This document shows positions 9,753 to 19,263 of a stretch of 64,000 nt of DNA, in pieces. The DNA is taken from assembly GCA_963666765.1 (NCBI GenBank), contig OY762933.1:129814-193813 (forward strand). Reading direction: 5' to 3'. This stretch comes from Gammaproteobacteria bacterium. Its GTDB lineage: Bacteria; Pseudomonadota; Gammaproteobacteria; Steroidobacterales; Foliamicaceae. The stretch's first letter is position 1; the number at the start of each line of letters is the position of its first letter. The translations under genes were made by a program, and so were the position numbers. The notes under the pieces were generated by a model. It was not told where the DNA came from. It saw only the letters and a list, made by a program, of their open reading frames with translations, and made no database searches.

Positions 9753-9812
9753 TTAGGTGTTTCCTCTCTCGTAAAGTCGCTTAAGTCCACGGTGTTTGAA
9801 TCGTCGAATCAC
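9753..9812 (-). pseudogene. higB: higB toxin remnant (19 codons plus stop)
   Basis: The minus-strand frame reads (V/M)IRRFKHRGLKRLYERGNT then TAA. This matches the conserved HigB N-terminus (IxSFxHKGLxxLFxxGxT). The stop lies only 15 nt upstream of the higA ATG, so about 70 codons of the toxin are missing. Confidence 0.7.
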
Positions 9813-9910
9813 GCTTGAGTGAACCTCGTAACGGTACACTCATCAAGTTACTTTGCTTTCCAGTTTTCCTCTTGGCGCAGTCAAGCGTCAGCATCCTCAC
9901 CCAGTTCCCA

Positions 9911-10528
9911 CTACGCTCCACGCGCGTGCTCCACGTTGGTGTTGGCCATCTTCGCTTCCTGCGCAGCGTACGCGTCATTCTCCAGTTCTTCGGGAGCGCG
10001 GAGCAAGTCTTCCCGAATACCCAGTTGTCTGCATAACCGGTTCATTGCTGCGTCATGCGTCTCGATTTCTCCATCGGCCAGGATGTGATTGACCTTCTTG
10101 CCCAGGGCAACCAGTTCGCGTGTAACCAATATGGTTCGATGACAGTTGAGAGGGTCCTTTTCCGCGCACATCAGCGCAATGCGCATCTGCTGGCTTCCGT
10201 CCAGTACGCGCTTTATTCCGGACCGGAAAAGGCGGGTCGCGGCCAGCTTGCGAAACTGGACGCGCCCATTCTCGTAGCAGGTCGGATCGGCGCTTCGGGC
10301 GCCCAGTTCCTTGCCGAGAAACACATACGCGATTCCGTTTGCCCTCAGCGATTCCTTCAGCGCCTTCTTATTGAAATGGGGATGCCTGCGGCTGTAGGGC
10401 GTTGACCGCACATCGGCCACGGCACCGATTTTGCGCCACAACAGCAAGTCCACGAAACGCGCCAGTTCGTGCGCCGAATGACCGATCGTAAAGATTGCGG
10501 TTCGCCGTGCTGCTTTCTTCGTCATCAT
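9911..10528 (-). CDS. DUF488-family protein
   Basis: 205 aa. IFTIGHSAHELARFVDLLLWRKIGAVADVRSTPYSRRHPHFNKKALKESLRANGIAYVFLGKELG matches the DUF488 pattern as I recall it. Confidence 0.7.
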   Translation of the reverse strand: MMTKKAARRTAIFTIGHSAHELARFVDLLLWRKIGAVADVRSTPYSRRHPHFNKKALKESLRANGIAYVFLGKELGARSADPTCYENGRVQFRKLAATRLFRSGIKRVLDGSQQMRIALMCAEKDPLNCHRTILVTRELVALGKKVNHILADGEIETHDAAMNRLCRQLGIREDLLRAPEELENDAYAAQEAKMANTNVEHARGA

Positions 10529-10653
10529 ATTCTCAATACAGCAACCGCTCTTTGTTCCGGGACTCGGCCATTCGATTGTAAGTGACGGGCAGATTGGTTG
10601 TGTGTGTATTGATTATTGGTTATATTGCATACACTTTACTCGGGAACCGGCTT

Positions 10654-10920
10654 ATGCCACGTACGACAACTTTGACGGTTCGGCTTGGTGGTGCGCTTCG
10701 CGACTTCGTGTCGGCCAATGTTGGGGAGAACGGCTCTTACGAGAACGTGAGCGAGTATGTGCGTGATCTGATCCGGCGCGACAAAAAGCGGTCGGAGCGC
10801 GAGGCTTTCGAGCGATTGAAAGCTGAATTGACCCGCGCCTTTGCAGCACCGGATGATTCGTATCATCCGCTTTCCGCATCCCACGTTATTGCCAGGAATA
10901 AGGCTCGGGTCGAGCCATGA
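10654..10920 (+). CDS. parD: ParD/CopG-type antitoxin
   Basis: ATG 10654 gives MPRTTTLTVRLGGALRDFVSANVGENGSYENVSEYVRDLIRRDKKR (ParD/COG3609-type RHH). Overlaps the toxin start by 4 nt. Confidence 0.85.
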   Translation: MPRTTTLTVRLGGALRDFVSANVGENGSYENVSEYVRDLIRRDKKRSEREAFERLKAELTRAFAAPDDSYHPLSASHVIARNKARVEP

Positions 10921-11231
10921 CCGTTGTGCGCGTCCAGGGATCGGCCGCACTTCGCATCGACGAAATTTACCGATACTCATTCGAGCGTTGGGGAGAAGCC
11001 CGGGCTGATATCTACATCAGCGGCCTGTTCGATGCGTTCGAGAGGATCGCATCCGGTGGGGTCGCATCACGTCCGGTTCCGGCGGAATTCAGCGTGGACG
11101 GCTATTTCTTCCGCTACGAGAAGCATTACGTATATTGGAAGTGGCTGACCAACGGTGATATCGGTATCGTCACCGTGCTGCACGAACGCATGCACCAGCT
11201 GGGCCGGTTCCTGGAGGATCAAGGGGACTGA
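10917..11231 (+). CDS. parE: ParE/RelE-family toxin
   Basis: 104 aa. ALRIDEIYRYSFERWGEARADIYISGLFDAFERIA and C-terminal IVTVLHERM are typical of ParE. Coupled to parD. Confidence 0.85.
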   Translation: MTVVRVQGSAALRIDEIYRYSFERWGEARADIYISGLFDAFERIASGGVASRPVPAEFSVDGYFFRYEKHYVYWKWLTNGDIGIVTVLHERMHQLGRFLEDQGD

Positions 11232-11299
11232 CCTCGGGAACGAAGGCGTCCATGCAAGGGGGTGGGCGCGCGGCGCTCGGGCTGGTAGGCTACCGGCCC

Positions 11300-12634
11300 A
11301 TGGATACCAGCAAGAGTGTGATGACGGACCTGCCGGATTTGCAGGCCTACTGGATGCCGTTTACGGCGAACCGGCAGTTCAAGCGCGACCCGCGTTTCGT
11401 GGTCGGCGCCCAGGGGATGTACTACACGACGCATGAGGGCGAGCAGATGCTCGACGGCGTTTCGGGGCTGTGGTGCTGCGCCGCGGGGCACTGCCATCCG
11501 CATATCGTGGCCGCGATCCAGGAGCAGGCGGCGAAGCTGGATTACTACACGGCGTTTCAGATGGGCTATCCGCGCACCTTCGAGCTGGCCAACCGGCTGG
11601 CGGAGATGGCGCCGGAGGGCTTGTCGAGCGTGTTCTTCACCAATTCCGGTTCGGAGTCGGTCGATACCGCGTTGAAGATCGCGATCGCCTGGCACCGGGT
11701 GCGCGGCGAAGGGCAGCGGGTGCGGCTTATCGGGCGCCAGACAGGCTATCACGGCGTGGGTTTCGGCGGAATTTCGGTGGGCGGCATCTCTTCGAACCGC
11801 AAGCTGTTCGGTGCGCTGCTGGCGGGTGTGGACCATATCGGTCACACGAAGGACCTCGATCACCAGGCCTGGAGCCGCGGACAGCCGGAGTGGGGTGCGC
11901 ACCTGGCCGACGAACTGGAGGAGGTCGTGGCGCTGCACGACGCCTCGACGATCGCCGCGGTGATCGTGGAACCGATCGCCTGTTCGGGCGGCGTGCTGAT
12001 CCCGCCGAAGGGCTACCTGGAGCGTCTGCGCGAGATTTGCGACAAGCACGGGCTGCTGCTGATCTTCGACGAGGTCATCACGGGCTTCGGGCGCACCGGC
12101 GAGGCGTTCGCTTCGCAGACCTTCGGCGTGAAGCCCGACATCATCACGCTCGCAAAGGGGCTCACCAGCGGAGCGGTGCCGATGGGCGCAGTGATTGCGC
12201 GCCGCGACATCTACAACGACTTCATGCACGGCCCCGAGCAGCTCATCGAGTTCGCGCACGGCTACACGTATTCGGGCCACCCGCTGGCGGTGGCGGCCGC
12301 GCATGGGGCGCTGGACGTTTATGAGGACGAGGGCCTCTTCGAGCGCGGCAGGGAAACCGGCAAGCTGCTCGGCGACGCGCTGCAGGCGCTCAAGGGCAAG
12401 CCCTACGTCATCGACATCCGCGATTTCGGGATGCTGGGCGCGGTGGAACTGGAGCCGGTGCCGGACAAGCCCACGGCACGCGCCCAGGAAGCCTTTCGGC
12501 TGTGCTTCGACAACGGCCTGCTGGTGCGCACGACCGGCGACACCATCGCGCTGTGCCCGGCGCTCATCGCCGACGAGTCGCACATCGCCGAACTCGTGGA
12601 GAAACTCGCACGGGTCCTCGACTCACTTTCCTGA
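11300..12634 (+). CDS. class III (omega) aminotransferase, beta-alanine/omega-amino acid:pyruvate type
   Basis: ATG 11300 is preferred over the track start 11252. LQAYWMPFTANRQFKRDPRFVV...GLWCCAAGHCHP...FTNSGSESVDTALK...FDEVITGFGRTG are hallmark motifs. Confidence 0.88.
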   Translation: MDTSKSVMTDLPDLQAYWMPFTANRQFKRDPRFVVGAQGMYYTTHEGEQMLDGVSGLWCCAAGHCHPHIVAAIQEQAAKLDYYTAFQMGYPRTFELANRLAEMAPEGLSSVFFTNSGSESVDTALKIAIAWHRVRGEGQRVRLIGRQTGYHGVGFGGISVGGISSNRKLFGALLAGVDHIGHTKDLDHQAWSRGQPEWGAHLADELEEVVALHDASTIAAVIVEPIACSGGVLIPPKGYLERLREICDKHGLLLIFDEVITGFGRTGEAFASQTFGVKPDIITLAKGLTSGAVPMGAVIARRDIYNDFMHGPEQLIEFAHGYTYSGHPLAVAAAHGALDVYEDEGLFERGRETGKLLGDALQALKGKPYVIDIRDFGMLGAVELEPVPDKPTARAQEAFRLCFDNGLLVRTTGDTIALCPALIADESHIAELVEKLARVLDSLS

Positions 12635-14590
12635 TCAGTCGGCGCGTTCGACGCGCTCCTGCACGTCTGTGTCCGGCGGCCGCGGCTGGGTCGCCCGGAG
12701 TTCCTCAGCTTCCGCTTCGTCCACAATCCCGCTGGACAGTGCGAAGTCGATGTACTCGTCGGTATTCTGCGCGCCCAGCGGCACCGGGCGCTCCTCCCCC
12801 AGCACCGGCGGCGCCGGCGGGCCGTCGTAGCCGCTCAACTGGTAGCCGGCGCTGTCTTCCGAGTGATAGGCGCCCAGCGTCGGGATATTGTCCTTGTCCG
12901 GATACAGCACCGCCGCGGCGCCCCCGTATCCGGCGAACCGGCCCGCGTTGCGGTAGATGAACCAGACTGCGCCGTCGCGCGTGGTCGTGGTCTTGAGCGA
13001 GTCGGAACGGGTCGGGATGGGGTAATGGGTGAAGGTGTCGGCCTCCTGGTCGTACATGGTCAGGTAGTTGTCGTTGGCGGCCCAGATGTTGTCGTTGACG
13101 TCCGCTTCGGCGTTATACGAGGCGGCGTACGGAACGCCCATCTTGCGCCGGAACACCTCGCCGGTTTCAGGATTCAGCCGATACAGGATGGCGTTGTCGA
13201 AGGCGCGGTTGCCCCAGGTGGAGGTCCAGATCATGCCCTTGGAGTCTACGCCCAGCCGGCGTATCGACGAGGTGGCGTCGTCCTCGACCACGGGGTAGTG
13301 CCGGAACTCCTCGGTTTCGGGATCGAAACGCGACACGCCGCCGTTGTGGTAGTCGGAGAACCACACGTGGTCCTTGTGGTCGACGATGATCCCGTAGGGG
13401 CGGCTGCGCATGACCGGGACTTCCCAGTAGACGATCGAGTCCGTCGCGCGGTCCCATTTGCCGAGTGCGCCGCCGGGGAGCAATGAAAGCCAGAGGTTGC
13501 CCTTCGAATCGAAGATCTGCGTGTTGCTGCCCAGCAGCGGATCGTCGGCCACCCAATGATCCACCTTGCCGGTTGCGGGATCGAGACGGCGCACGACGTC
13601 GCCGGAATACCACACCGTGCCGTCGGTCTGGTCCACGACGATGCCGTGGCCTCCACCGTGGCCTTCGAAGGCGGTCTGTTCGCCGGTGCGCGGGTTGAAC
13701 TTCACGATGCAGCAGGCGGTGTAGGCAATCCACACGTTGCCGTCGAGGTCAAAGTCCACCTGGTGCGGCCAGGGCCAGACCTCGTACTCGTCGGACTCGC
13801 GGTAGATGTACTCGACGAACATGGCCTTCTTCAGCGCCTCGTAATCGAGTTCGGGTTCGCGCGTGAGCTGCACCACCACCGGAGGACGGTCCGCGGGAAA
13901 GGTCTCGGCGAGGTAGTCGACCAGGATGTCCCGGTCCTCCGGCGGCAGGAATTTCGGATCGAAATATGAAGCCTTGCCGGGCCGGCCGAATGCGGGGCCC
14001 TGGTACATGCGGTCCACCACGACTTCCCAGGCCTGCCGGTCCTTCGGCGCCCGCGAGCCCGGATACGCGCGCGAAAAGTCGTTGTATGAGAGCAGCTGAA
14101 TCGTGTGGCAGCCGTGGCAGGCGCGTTCGAGAATGTCGCGCCCCGGCCCCGGCGGATAGACCTCGTCGTAGGGCAGAATCTCGGCGCCGGGGTAGTTCAT
14201 GCCGCCGACGTAATCGACCACCGGGCCCACGCCCGTCAGTGAGAAATCGAGTTCCGCCGCATCGCCGGGTCCGATGTCGATGCTTACCGTCTGGCTGTCG
14301 AATCCCTCCAGCTGATCGACCGCCCGGCGTATCGTCACGTCGTAGCGGCCCGGGATCATCTTGACCGCGCGGTATTCGCCGTCCACGACGAACACGGTGT
14401 AGGCGAGGTCCTTGTCGGTGTTGTAGGCGTACACCACCGGGAGCAAACCGTCGACGGTTCCCGCGACTTTGCCGGATAACTGCCCGAGTCCGTCGTCTGC
14501 GGAGGCGGCAGGCGCTTCGGGACCGGAGGGCTCTCCGGAACAGCCGGCGAAAAGAAGCAGGCAAAGCCCCGCTGCAACACAATTACGCAT
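12635..14590 (-). CDS. lipoprotein: CarboxypepD_reg-like Ig domain + CXXCH haem-c motif + Vgb/streptogramin-lyase-like beta-propeller (paralog A)
   Basis: Lipobox MRNCVAAGLCLLLFAGC (ATG 14590). Ig-like block GKVAGTVDG...VVDGEYRAVKMIPGRYDVTI. CHGCH at 14105..14119. Six to seven blade repeats of the type D..G.VW......L.R.DP.TGE. About 80% identical by eye to 15718..17673. Confidence 0.8.
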   Translation of the reverse strand: MRNCVAAGLCLLLFAGCSGEPSGPEAPAASADDGLGQLSGKVAGTVDGLLPVVYAYNTDKDLAYTVFVVDGEYRAVKMIPGRYDVTIRRAVDQLEGFDSQTVSIDIGPGDAAELDFSLTGVGPVVDYVGGMNYPGAEILPYDEVYPPGPGRDILERACHGCHTIQLLSYNDFSRAYPGSRAPKDRQAWEVVVDRMYQGPAFGRPGKASYFDPKFLPPEDRDILVDYLAETFPADRPPVVVQLTREPELDYEALKKAMFVEYIYRESDEYEVWPWPHQVDFDLDGNVWIAYTACCIVKFNPRTGEQTAFEGHGGGHGIVVDQTDGTVWYSGDVVRRLDPATGKVDHWVADDPLLGSNTQIFDSKGNLWLSLLPGGALGKWDRATDSIVYWEVPVMRSRPYGIIVDHKDHVWFSDYHNGGVSRFDPETEEFRHYPVVEDDATSSIRRLGVDSKGMIWTSTWGNRAFDNAILYRLNPETGEVFRRKMGVPYAASYNAEADVNDNIWAANDNYLTMYDQEADTFTHYPIPTRSDSLKTTTTRDGAVWFIYRNAGRFAGYGGAAAVLYPDKDNIPTLGAYHSEDSAGYQLSGYDGPPAPPVLGEERPVPLGAQNTDEYIDFALSSGIVDEAEAEELRATQPRPPDTDVQERVERAD

Positions 14591-14635
14591 AGTCAGGCAC
14601 CACAATCCAGCCAGAGCCCCAAGTGTATGCGCTCT

Positions 14636-14707
14636 CTCCGGGAGGAAGGCGCCCCCCTGGCAGTGAGGGCGCCCCCCGAGGGAGGGCGTCCTGCCCTCCT
14701 GGACGGG
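14636..14707. repeat. REP-like element (copy 3) in a divergent promoter region
   Basis: CTCCGGGAGGAAGGCGCC...GAGGGAGGGCGTCCTGCCCTCC with hairpin GGAGGGC-N5-GCCCTCC. Confidence 0.65.
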
Positions 14708-14809
14708 CCTCCAGGTTGACAGCCGTGCCGCTCATGCCACCATTGAGCACAATTCGGTACCGGCGTCCCTGAGTGCCGGCCGGCAAGAGCGGGAGAGGGA
14801 GTCCTGGCC

Positions 14810-15721
14810 ATGTGGCAACCGAAGCTCATCATGATGAACGGCAAACTCATGCCGTTGGAGGACGCGCGCCTGCACCCGCTTTCCCTTGCCGTCACTTATG
14901 CGGCAACGGTTTTCGAGGGCGTGCGCGCCTACCATCTGCCCGACAGCGGCCAGTTCGCGTTGTTCCGGCTGGACGACCACCTGCGCCGCCTGCAGGTGGG
15001 AATGAAGCTGATGCGGTTCGACGGCGGCTACGACGCGGAGTATCTCACCGGGTGTCTCGCGCGGCTGATCCGGGCCAACGAGCCTGATTCCGACGCCTAT
15101 ATCCGGCTGCTCGCCTATATCGAGGGGACCGGATTGCTGGCAACGACCGGCCCGATCGGCTTCACGGCCGCCGTCATGCCGAGGAAGACCCCGGAGTTCG
15201 CCGCCACCGGTATGAGCCTGGGCGTGAGTTCCTGGCAGCGCCTGGCGGACAATGCCAGCCCGCCGCGGATCAAGACTACGGCCAATTACGTGAATGCCCG
15301 GCTGGCTGCCCACCAGGCCAGGGCGGACGGCTACGACGGCGCGCTGATGCTTACGCCGGATGGAAGAGTATCCGAGGCGCCGATCGCATGCTTCTTCATG
15401 GTTCGCGACGGGAAACTGATCACGCCGAGCACCGACAGCAACATCCTGGAGAGCATCACCCGGGACACGATCCTCACGCGCTACCTGGAGCTCACGGGCG
15501 AACCCGCCGAGGTGCGCACGATCGATCGCAGCGAGCTCTATTTCGCCGAGGAGGCCTTCCTGTGCGGCACCGGCCAGGAAATTCTGCCGGTCACTTCAAT
15601 CGACCGCCTGCCGGTCGGCGATGGCAAGGTCGGTCCTTTAACCGACAGGCTGCGGCAGGACTACTTCGACCTGGTTCGGGCCAGGACAAGCGACCACCCG
15701 GAGTGGCGAACGCTCATTTAG
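14810..15721 (+). CDS. class IV aminotransferase (branched-chain/D-amino-acid type)
   Basis: 303 aa. MNGKLMPLEDARLHPLSLAVTYAATVFEGVRAY and ...EAFLCGTGQEILPVTSID fit fold-type IV PLP enzymes. The start could be 14831. Confidence 0.85.
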   Translation: MWQPKLIMMNGKLMPLEDARLHPLSLAVTYAATVFEGVRAYHLPDSGQFALFRLDDHLRRLQVGMKLMRFDGGYDAEYLTGCLARLIRANEPDSDAYIRLLAYIEGTGLLATTGPIGFTAAVMPRKTPEFAATGMSLGVSSWQRLADNASPPRIKTTANYVNARLAAHQARADGYDGALMLTPDGRVSEAPIACFFMVRDGKLITPSTDSNILESITRDTILTRYLELTGEPAEVRTIDRSELYFAEEAFLCGTGQEILPVTSIDRLPVGDGKVGPLTDRLRQDYFDLVRARTSDHPEWRTLI

Positions 15722-17673
15722 TCGGCCCGCTCCAGGCGCTCGTCCACCGCATCCGCGCCAAGCTGGCTCGCTCTCATGACAGCCGCCTGCGCTTCGTCGA
15801 GCAGGCCTTTCTCCAGCGCGAAGTCGATGTACTCATCGGCATTCAGGGCGCCCAGGGGCACCGGCCGTTCCTCGCCCAGGACCGGGGGAGACGGCGGCCC
15901 GCTGTAGCCGCTCAACTGGTAGCCGGCGCTGGTCTCGGAGTGATAGGCGCCGAGCGTCGGAATATTGTCCATGTCGGTATACAGGACCGTTATATTGCCG
16001 CCGTAGCCCGCGTACTTGCCGGCATTGCGATAGAAGAACCAGATCCCGTCGTCGCGCGTGATCGTGGTCTTGAGCGTGTCCGAGCGCACCGGGATGGGAT
16101 AGTGGGTGAACTCGTCGGCTACCTGGTCGTATTTGCTCAGGTAATTGTCGTTGGCGGCCCAGATGTTGTCCTGGCTGTCGGCTTCCGCGTTGTAGGTGGC
16201 CGCATAGGGCACGTCCATCTTGCGCCGGAAGACTTCACCCGTGTCCGGGTCCACCCGGTACAGAATCGCGTTGTCGAACCCGCGGTTGCCCCAGGTGCCG
16301 GCCCAGATCATGCCCCTGGAATCGACGCCCAGGCGGCGTATCGAGGTCGCGGCGTCATCCTCGACCAGGGGATAGTGCCGGAATTCCTCGGTCTCGGGAT
16401 CGAAACGCGTAACGCCGCCGTTGTGATAGTCGGCGAACCACACCTTGTCCTTGTGGTCGACGATGATGCCGTACGGGCGGCTGCGCAGCACCGGCACCTC
16501 CCAATAGACGATGGAGTCGGTTGCCCGGTCCCACTTGCCGAGTGCGCCGCCGCCAAGCAGCGAAAGCCAGAGATTGCCCTTGGAATCGAAAATCTGCGTA
16601 TTGCTGCCCAGCGCACGGTCCTCGGCCACCCAGTGGTCCACCTTGCCGGTCTTCGGATCGAGATGGCGAACGACATCTCCTGAATACCAGACCGTGCCGT
16701 CAGTCTGGTCCACCGCTATGCCGTGTCCGCCGCCGTGGCCTTCGAACGCCGTCTGTTCGCCGGTGCGCGGATCGAACTTCACGATGCAGCAGGCGGTGTA
16801 GGCGAGCCAGACGTTGCCGTCCAGGTCGAAGTCCACCTGGTGCGCCCACGGCCAGACATCGTATTCGTCCGACTCGTGGTAGATGTACTCGATGTACATC
16901 GCCTTCTTGAGCGCCTCGAGGTCCAGTTCAGGCTCCCGGGTGAGCTGCACCACCACAGGCGGCCGGTCCTCCGGAAAATGTTCCGCCAGGTAGTCGACCA
17001 GTATGTCGCGGTCCTCGGGCGGCAGGTATTTCGGATCCATCAGTGTCGCCTTGCCCAGGCGGCCGAATCCCGGTCCCTTGTGCATCCGATCGACACTCAC
17101 CGCCCAGGCGGCCTTGTTCTTCGGCGCCCGCCCGCCCGAATAGGCGCGCGGGTAGTTGTAGGGGATGAAATTGACGTTGTGACAGCCGTGGCAGGTGCGC
17201 TCGAGGATCTCACGGCCCCGACCCGGCGGATAGACCTCGTCGTAGGGGAGTATTTCGGCATTGGGATAGTCCACGCCCCCGACGTAGTCGACAATCGGAC
17301 CAACGCCCGTCAGCGAGAAATCCACTTCGGCCTCATCGCCGGGCCCCAGGTCGATGCTGACCGTCTGCGGGTCGAAGCCTTCCAGCTGGTCGATCGCCGG
17401 CCGTATCGTCACGTCGTAGCTGCCGGGAATCATCTTGACGGCCCGGTATTCGCCGTCCACCACGAACACCGTATAGGCGAGGTCCTTGTCGTTATTGAAG
17501 GCATAGACCACCGGGAGCAGTCCCTCAATGGTCCCTTCCACATTTCCGGACAGGCGCGCCAGCCCTTCGTCCTCGGCGGATGCGGGCCCGCCGGGGCCGG
17601 ACGACTGTTCGGAGCAGCCGATCAACGCCAGCAGGCAGAACCCCGCTGTCGTCAGTCTCGTGAGTGAATTCAT
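15718..17673 (-). CDS. lipoprotein: Ig-like + CXXCH + Vgb-like beta-propeller (paralog B)
   Basis: 651 aa. Lipobox FCLLALIGC. CHGCH at 17179..17193. Colinear with paralog A. Its stop overlaps the stop of the class IV aminotransferase (TTAG). Confidence 0.8.
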   Translation of the reverse strand: MNSLTRLTTAGFCLLALIGCSEQSSGPGGPASAEDEGLARLSGNVEGTIEGLLPVVYAFNNDKDLAYTVFVVDGEYRAVKMIPGSYDVTIRPAIDQLEGFDPQTVSIDLGPGDEAEVDFSLTGVGPIVDYVGGVDYPNAEILPYDEVYPPGRGREILERTCHGCHNVNFIPYNYPRAYSGGRAPKNKAAWAVSVDRMHKGPGFGRLGKATLMDPKYLPPEDRDILVDYLAEHFPEDRPPVVVQLTREPELDLEALKKAMYIEYIYHESDEYDVWPWAHQVDFDLDGNVWLAYTACCIVKFDPRTGEQTAFEGHGGGHGIAVDQTDGTVWYSGDVVRHLDPKTGKVDHWVAEDRALGSNTQIFDSKGNLWLSLLGGGALGKWDRATDSIVYWEVPVLRSRPYGIIVDHKDKVWFADYHNGGVTRFDPETEEFRHYPLVEDDAATSIRRLGVDSRGMIWAGTWGNRGFDNAILYRVDPDTGEVFRRKMDVPYAATYNAEADSQDNIWAANDNYLSKYDQVADEFTHYPIPVRSDTLKTTITRDDGIWFFYRNAGKYAGYGGNITVLYTDMDNIPTLGAYHSETSAGYQLSGYSGPPSPPVLGEERPVPLGALNADEYIDFALEKGLLDEAQAAVMRASQLGADAVDERLERAD

Positions 17674-17724
17674 TGTTCGGTCGCTCCGCTTGTAGTGTCG
17701 CCAGCCCAGTGTAACCCCGGGGTG

Positions 17725-19203
17725 CTACCGGCGAGTGTAGGGGTTGGCCACGTCGCCGCCGGAGTAATACCAGACGCTCTTTGTCTGCAGGTATTCCTTT
17801 ATCGCCTCCATCCCGTTCTCCCGGCCCAGGCCGCTGGCCTTGTAGCCGCCGAACGGCGTCGTGTAGCTGGTGGAGCGATAGGTGTTGACCCACACGGTCC
17901 CGGCTTCCAGGCGCTCCGACACCTTGATCGCCCGCCGCAGGCTCTCCGTCCACACGCCGGCCGCCAGTCCGTAGTTGACGTCGTTGGCGATGGCGATCGC
18001 TTCCTCGTCGTCTGTGAAGCGAAGCACCGCGAGGACCGGGCCGAACACTTCTTCCTGGGCAATGCGCATGTCGTTGGTGACGTCGGCAAAAACAGTCGGC
18101 TGCACGAACAGGCCCTGGTTCCCATCCGGGGCCGGAACGCCGGCGCCGCCCAACACCAGGCGAGCGCCTTCGTTCTTCGCAATTCCGATGTAATCCAGGA
18201 TCTTGCGATATTGAGGCTCGGTCGTAATCGGGCCCACCTGCGTTTCCGGCGACATGGGGTCGCCGATGCGCGCGTTGCCGGCAAGACCGACAAGGCGCTC
18301 AAGAAACTCATCGTGAATGGAATCGTGCAAGAGGAGCCGGGAGCCCGCGATGCAGGTCTGGCCGCTGGCGGCGAAAATTCCGCTTATGGCGCCGTTTACC
18401 GCCTGGTCGAGATTGGCGTCCTCGAAGACGATGTTCGCCGACTTGCCGCCCAGTTCCAGCGTGACTCTCTTGAACCCGGGGGCCGCGTCGGTATTGACCC
18501 GTGCGCCGGCGGCCTCACCGCCGGTGAACGCGATTTTCCGCACCTTTCCGTGGCGCACCAGCGGTTCGCCGACTTCTTCGCCCAGTCCCGTGACCACGTT
18601 GATCACGCCCTTGGGAATGCCTGCCTGCTCCGCAAGCGCGGCGAACTCCAGCGTCGAGGCCGAGGTGTATTCGGATGGCTTGACCACGATGGTGTTGCCC
18701 GCGGCCAGCGCCGGCGCGGCTTTCCAGGCCAGCAGCAGCAAGGGCGAGTTCCAGGGCGTGATGCAGGCGCACACGCCGAGCGGCTCGTGGCGGGTCAGAT
18801 TGAGCACATCGGGCTTGTCGATGGGCGGCGCCGAACCTTCGATCTTGTCGGCCAGACCGCCGTAATAGTGGAACCACTGGGCCATGTAGCGGCACTGATT
18901 GAGGACCTCGGCATGCAGCTTGCCGTTGTCCCGCACCTCGATTTCCGCCAGCCGTTCTGCCTCGCCGGTGAGGATTTCCGCAAACTTTCTGAGCTTGAGT
19001 CCGCGCTGTGTGGGATTCAGCGCGGGCCACTCGCCTTGCCTGAACGCCTGGTCGGCGGCTTCCACAGCGGCCTCGACATCGGCGCCGCCGGCGCGCGGAA
19101 TGCGGGCCCAGGCTTGGCCCGTGTACGGGTTCACCGTCTCCATCCACTCCTCTGAGAGCGGATCGGCCCACGCGCCGTCGATGTACAACTGGTATTCCTG
19201 CAT
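17725..19203 (-). CDS. NAD(P)-dependent aldehyde dehydrogenase
   Basis: 492 aa. Catalytic motifs LELGGKSANIVF and GQTCIAGSR. Confidence 0.92.
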   Translation of the reverse strand: MQEYQLYIDGAWADPLSEEWMETVNPYTGQAWARIPRAGGADVEAAVEAADQAFRQGEWPALNPTQRGLKLRKFAEILTGEAERLAEIEVRDNGKLHAEVLNQCRYMAQWFHYYGGLADKIEGSAPPIDKPDVLNLTRHEPLGVCACITPWNSPLLLLAWKAAPALAAGNTIVVKPSEYTSASTLEFAALAEQAGIPKGVINVVTGLGEEVGEPLVRHGKVRKIAFTGGEAAGARVNTDAAPGFKRVTLELGGKSANIVFEDANLDQAVNGAISGIFAASGQTCIAGSRLLLHDSIHDEFLERLVGLAGNARIGDPMSPETQVGPITTEPQYRKILDYIGIAKNEGARLVLGGAGVPAPDGNQGLFVQPTVFADVTNDMRIAQEEVFGPVLAVLRFTDDEEAIAIANDVNYGLAAGVWTESLRRAIKVSERLEAGTVWVNTYRSTSYTTPFGGYKASGLGRENGMEAIKEYLQTKSVWYYSGGDVANPYTRR

Positions 19204-19263
19204 CCTGAAACCGTCCGAGCATCAAACAGTCCATAATACAGACAGCAGCTTCCGGAAACCCGC

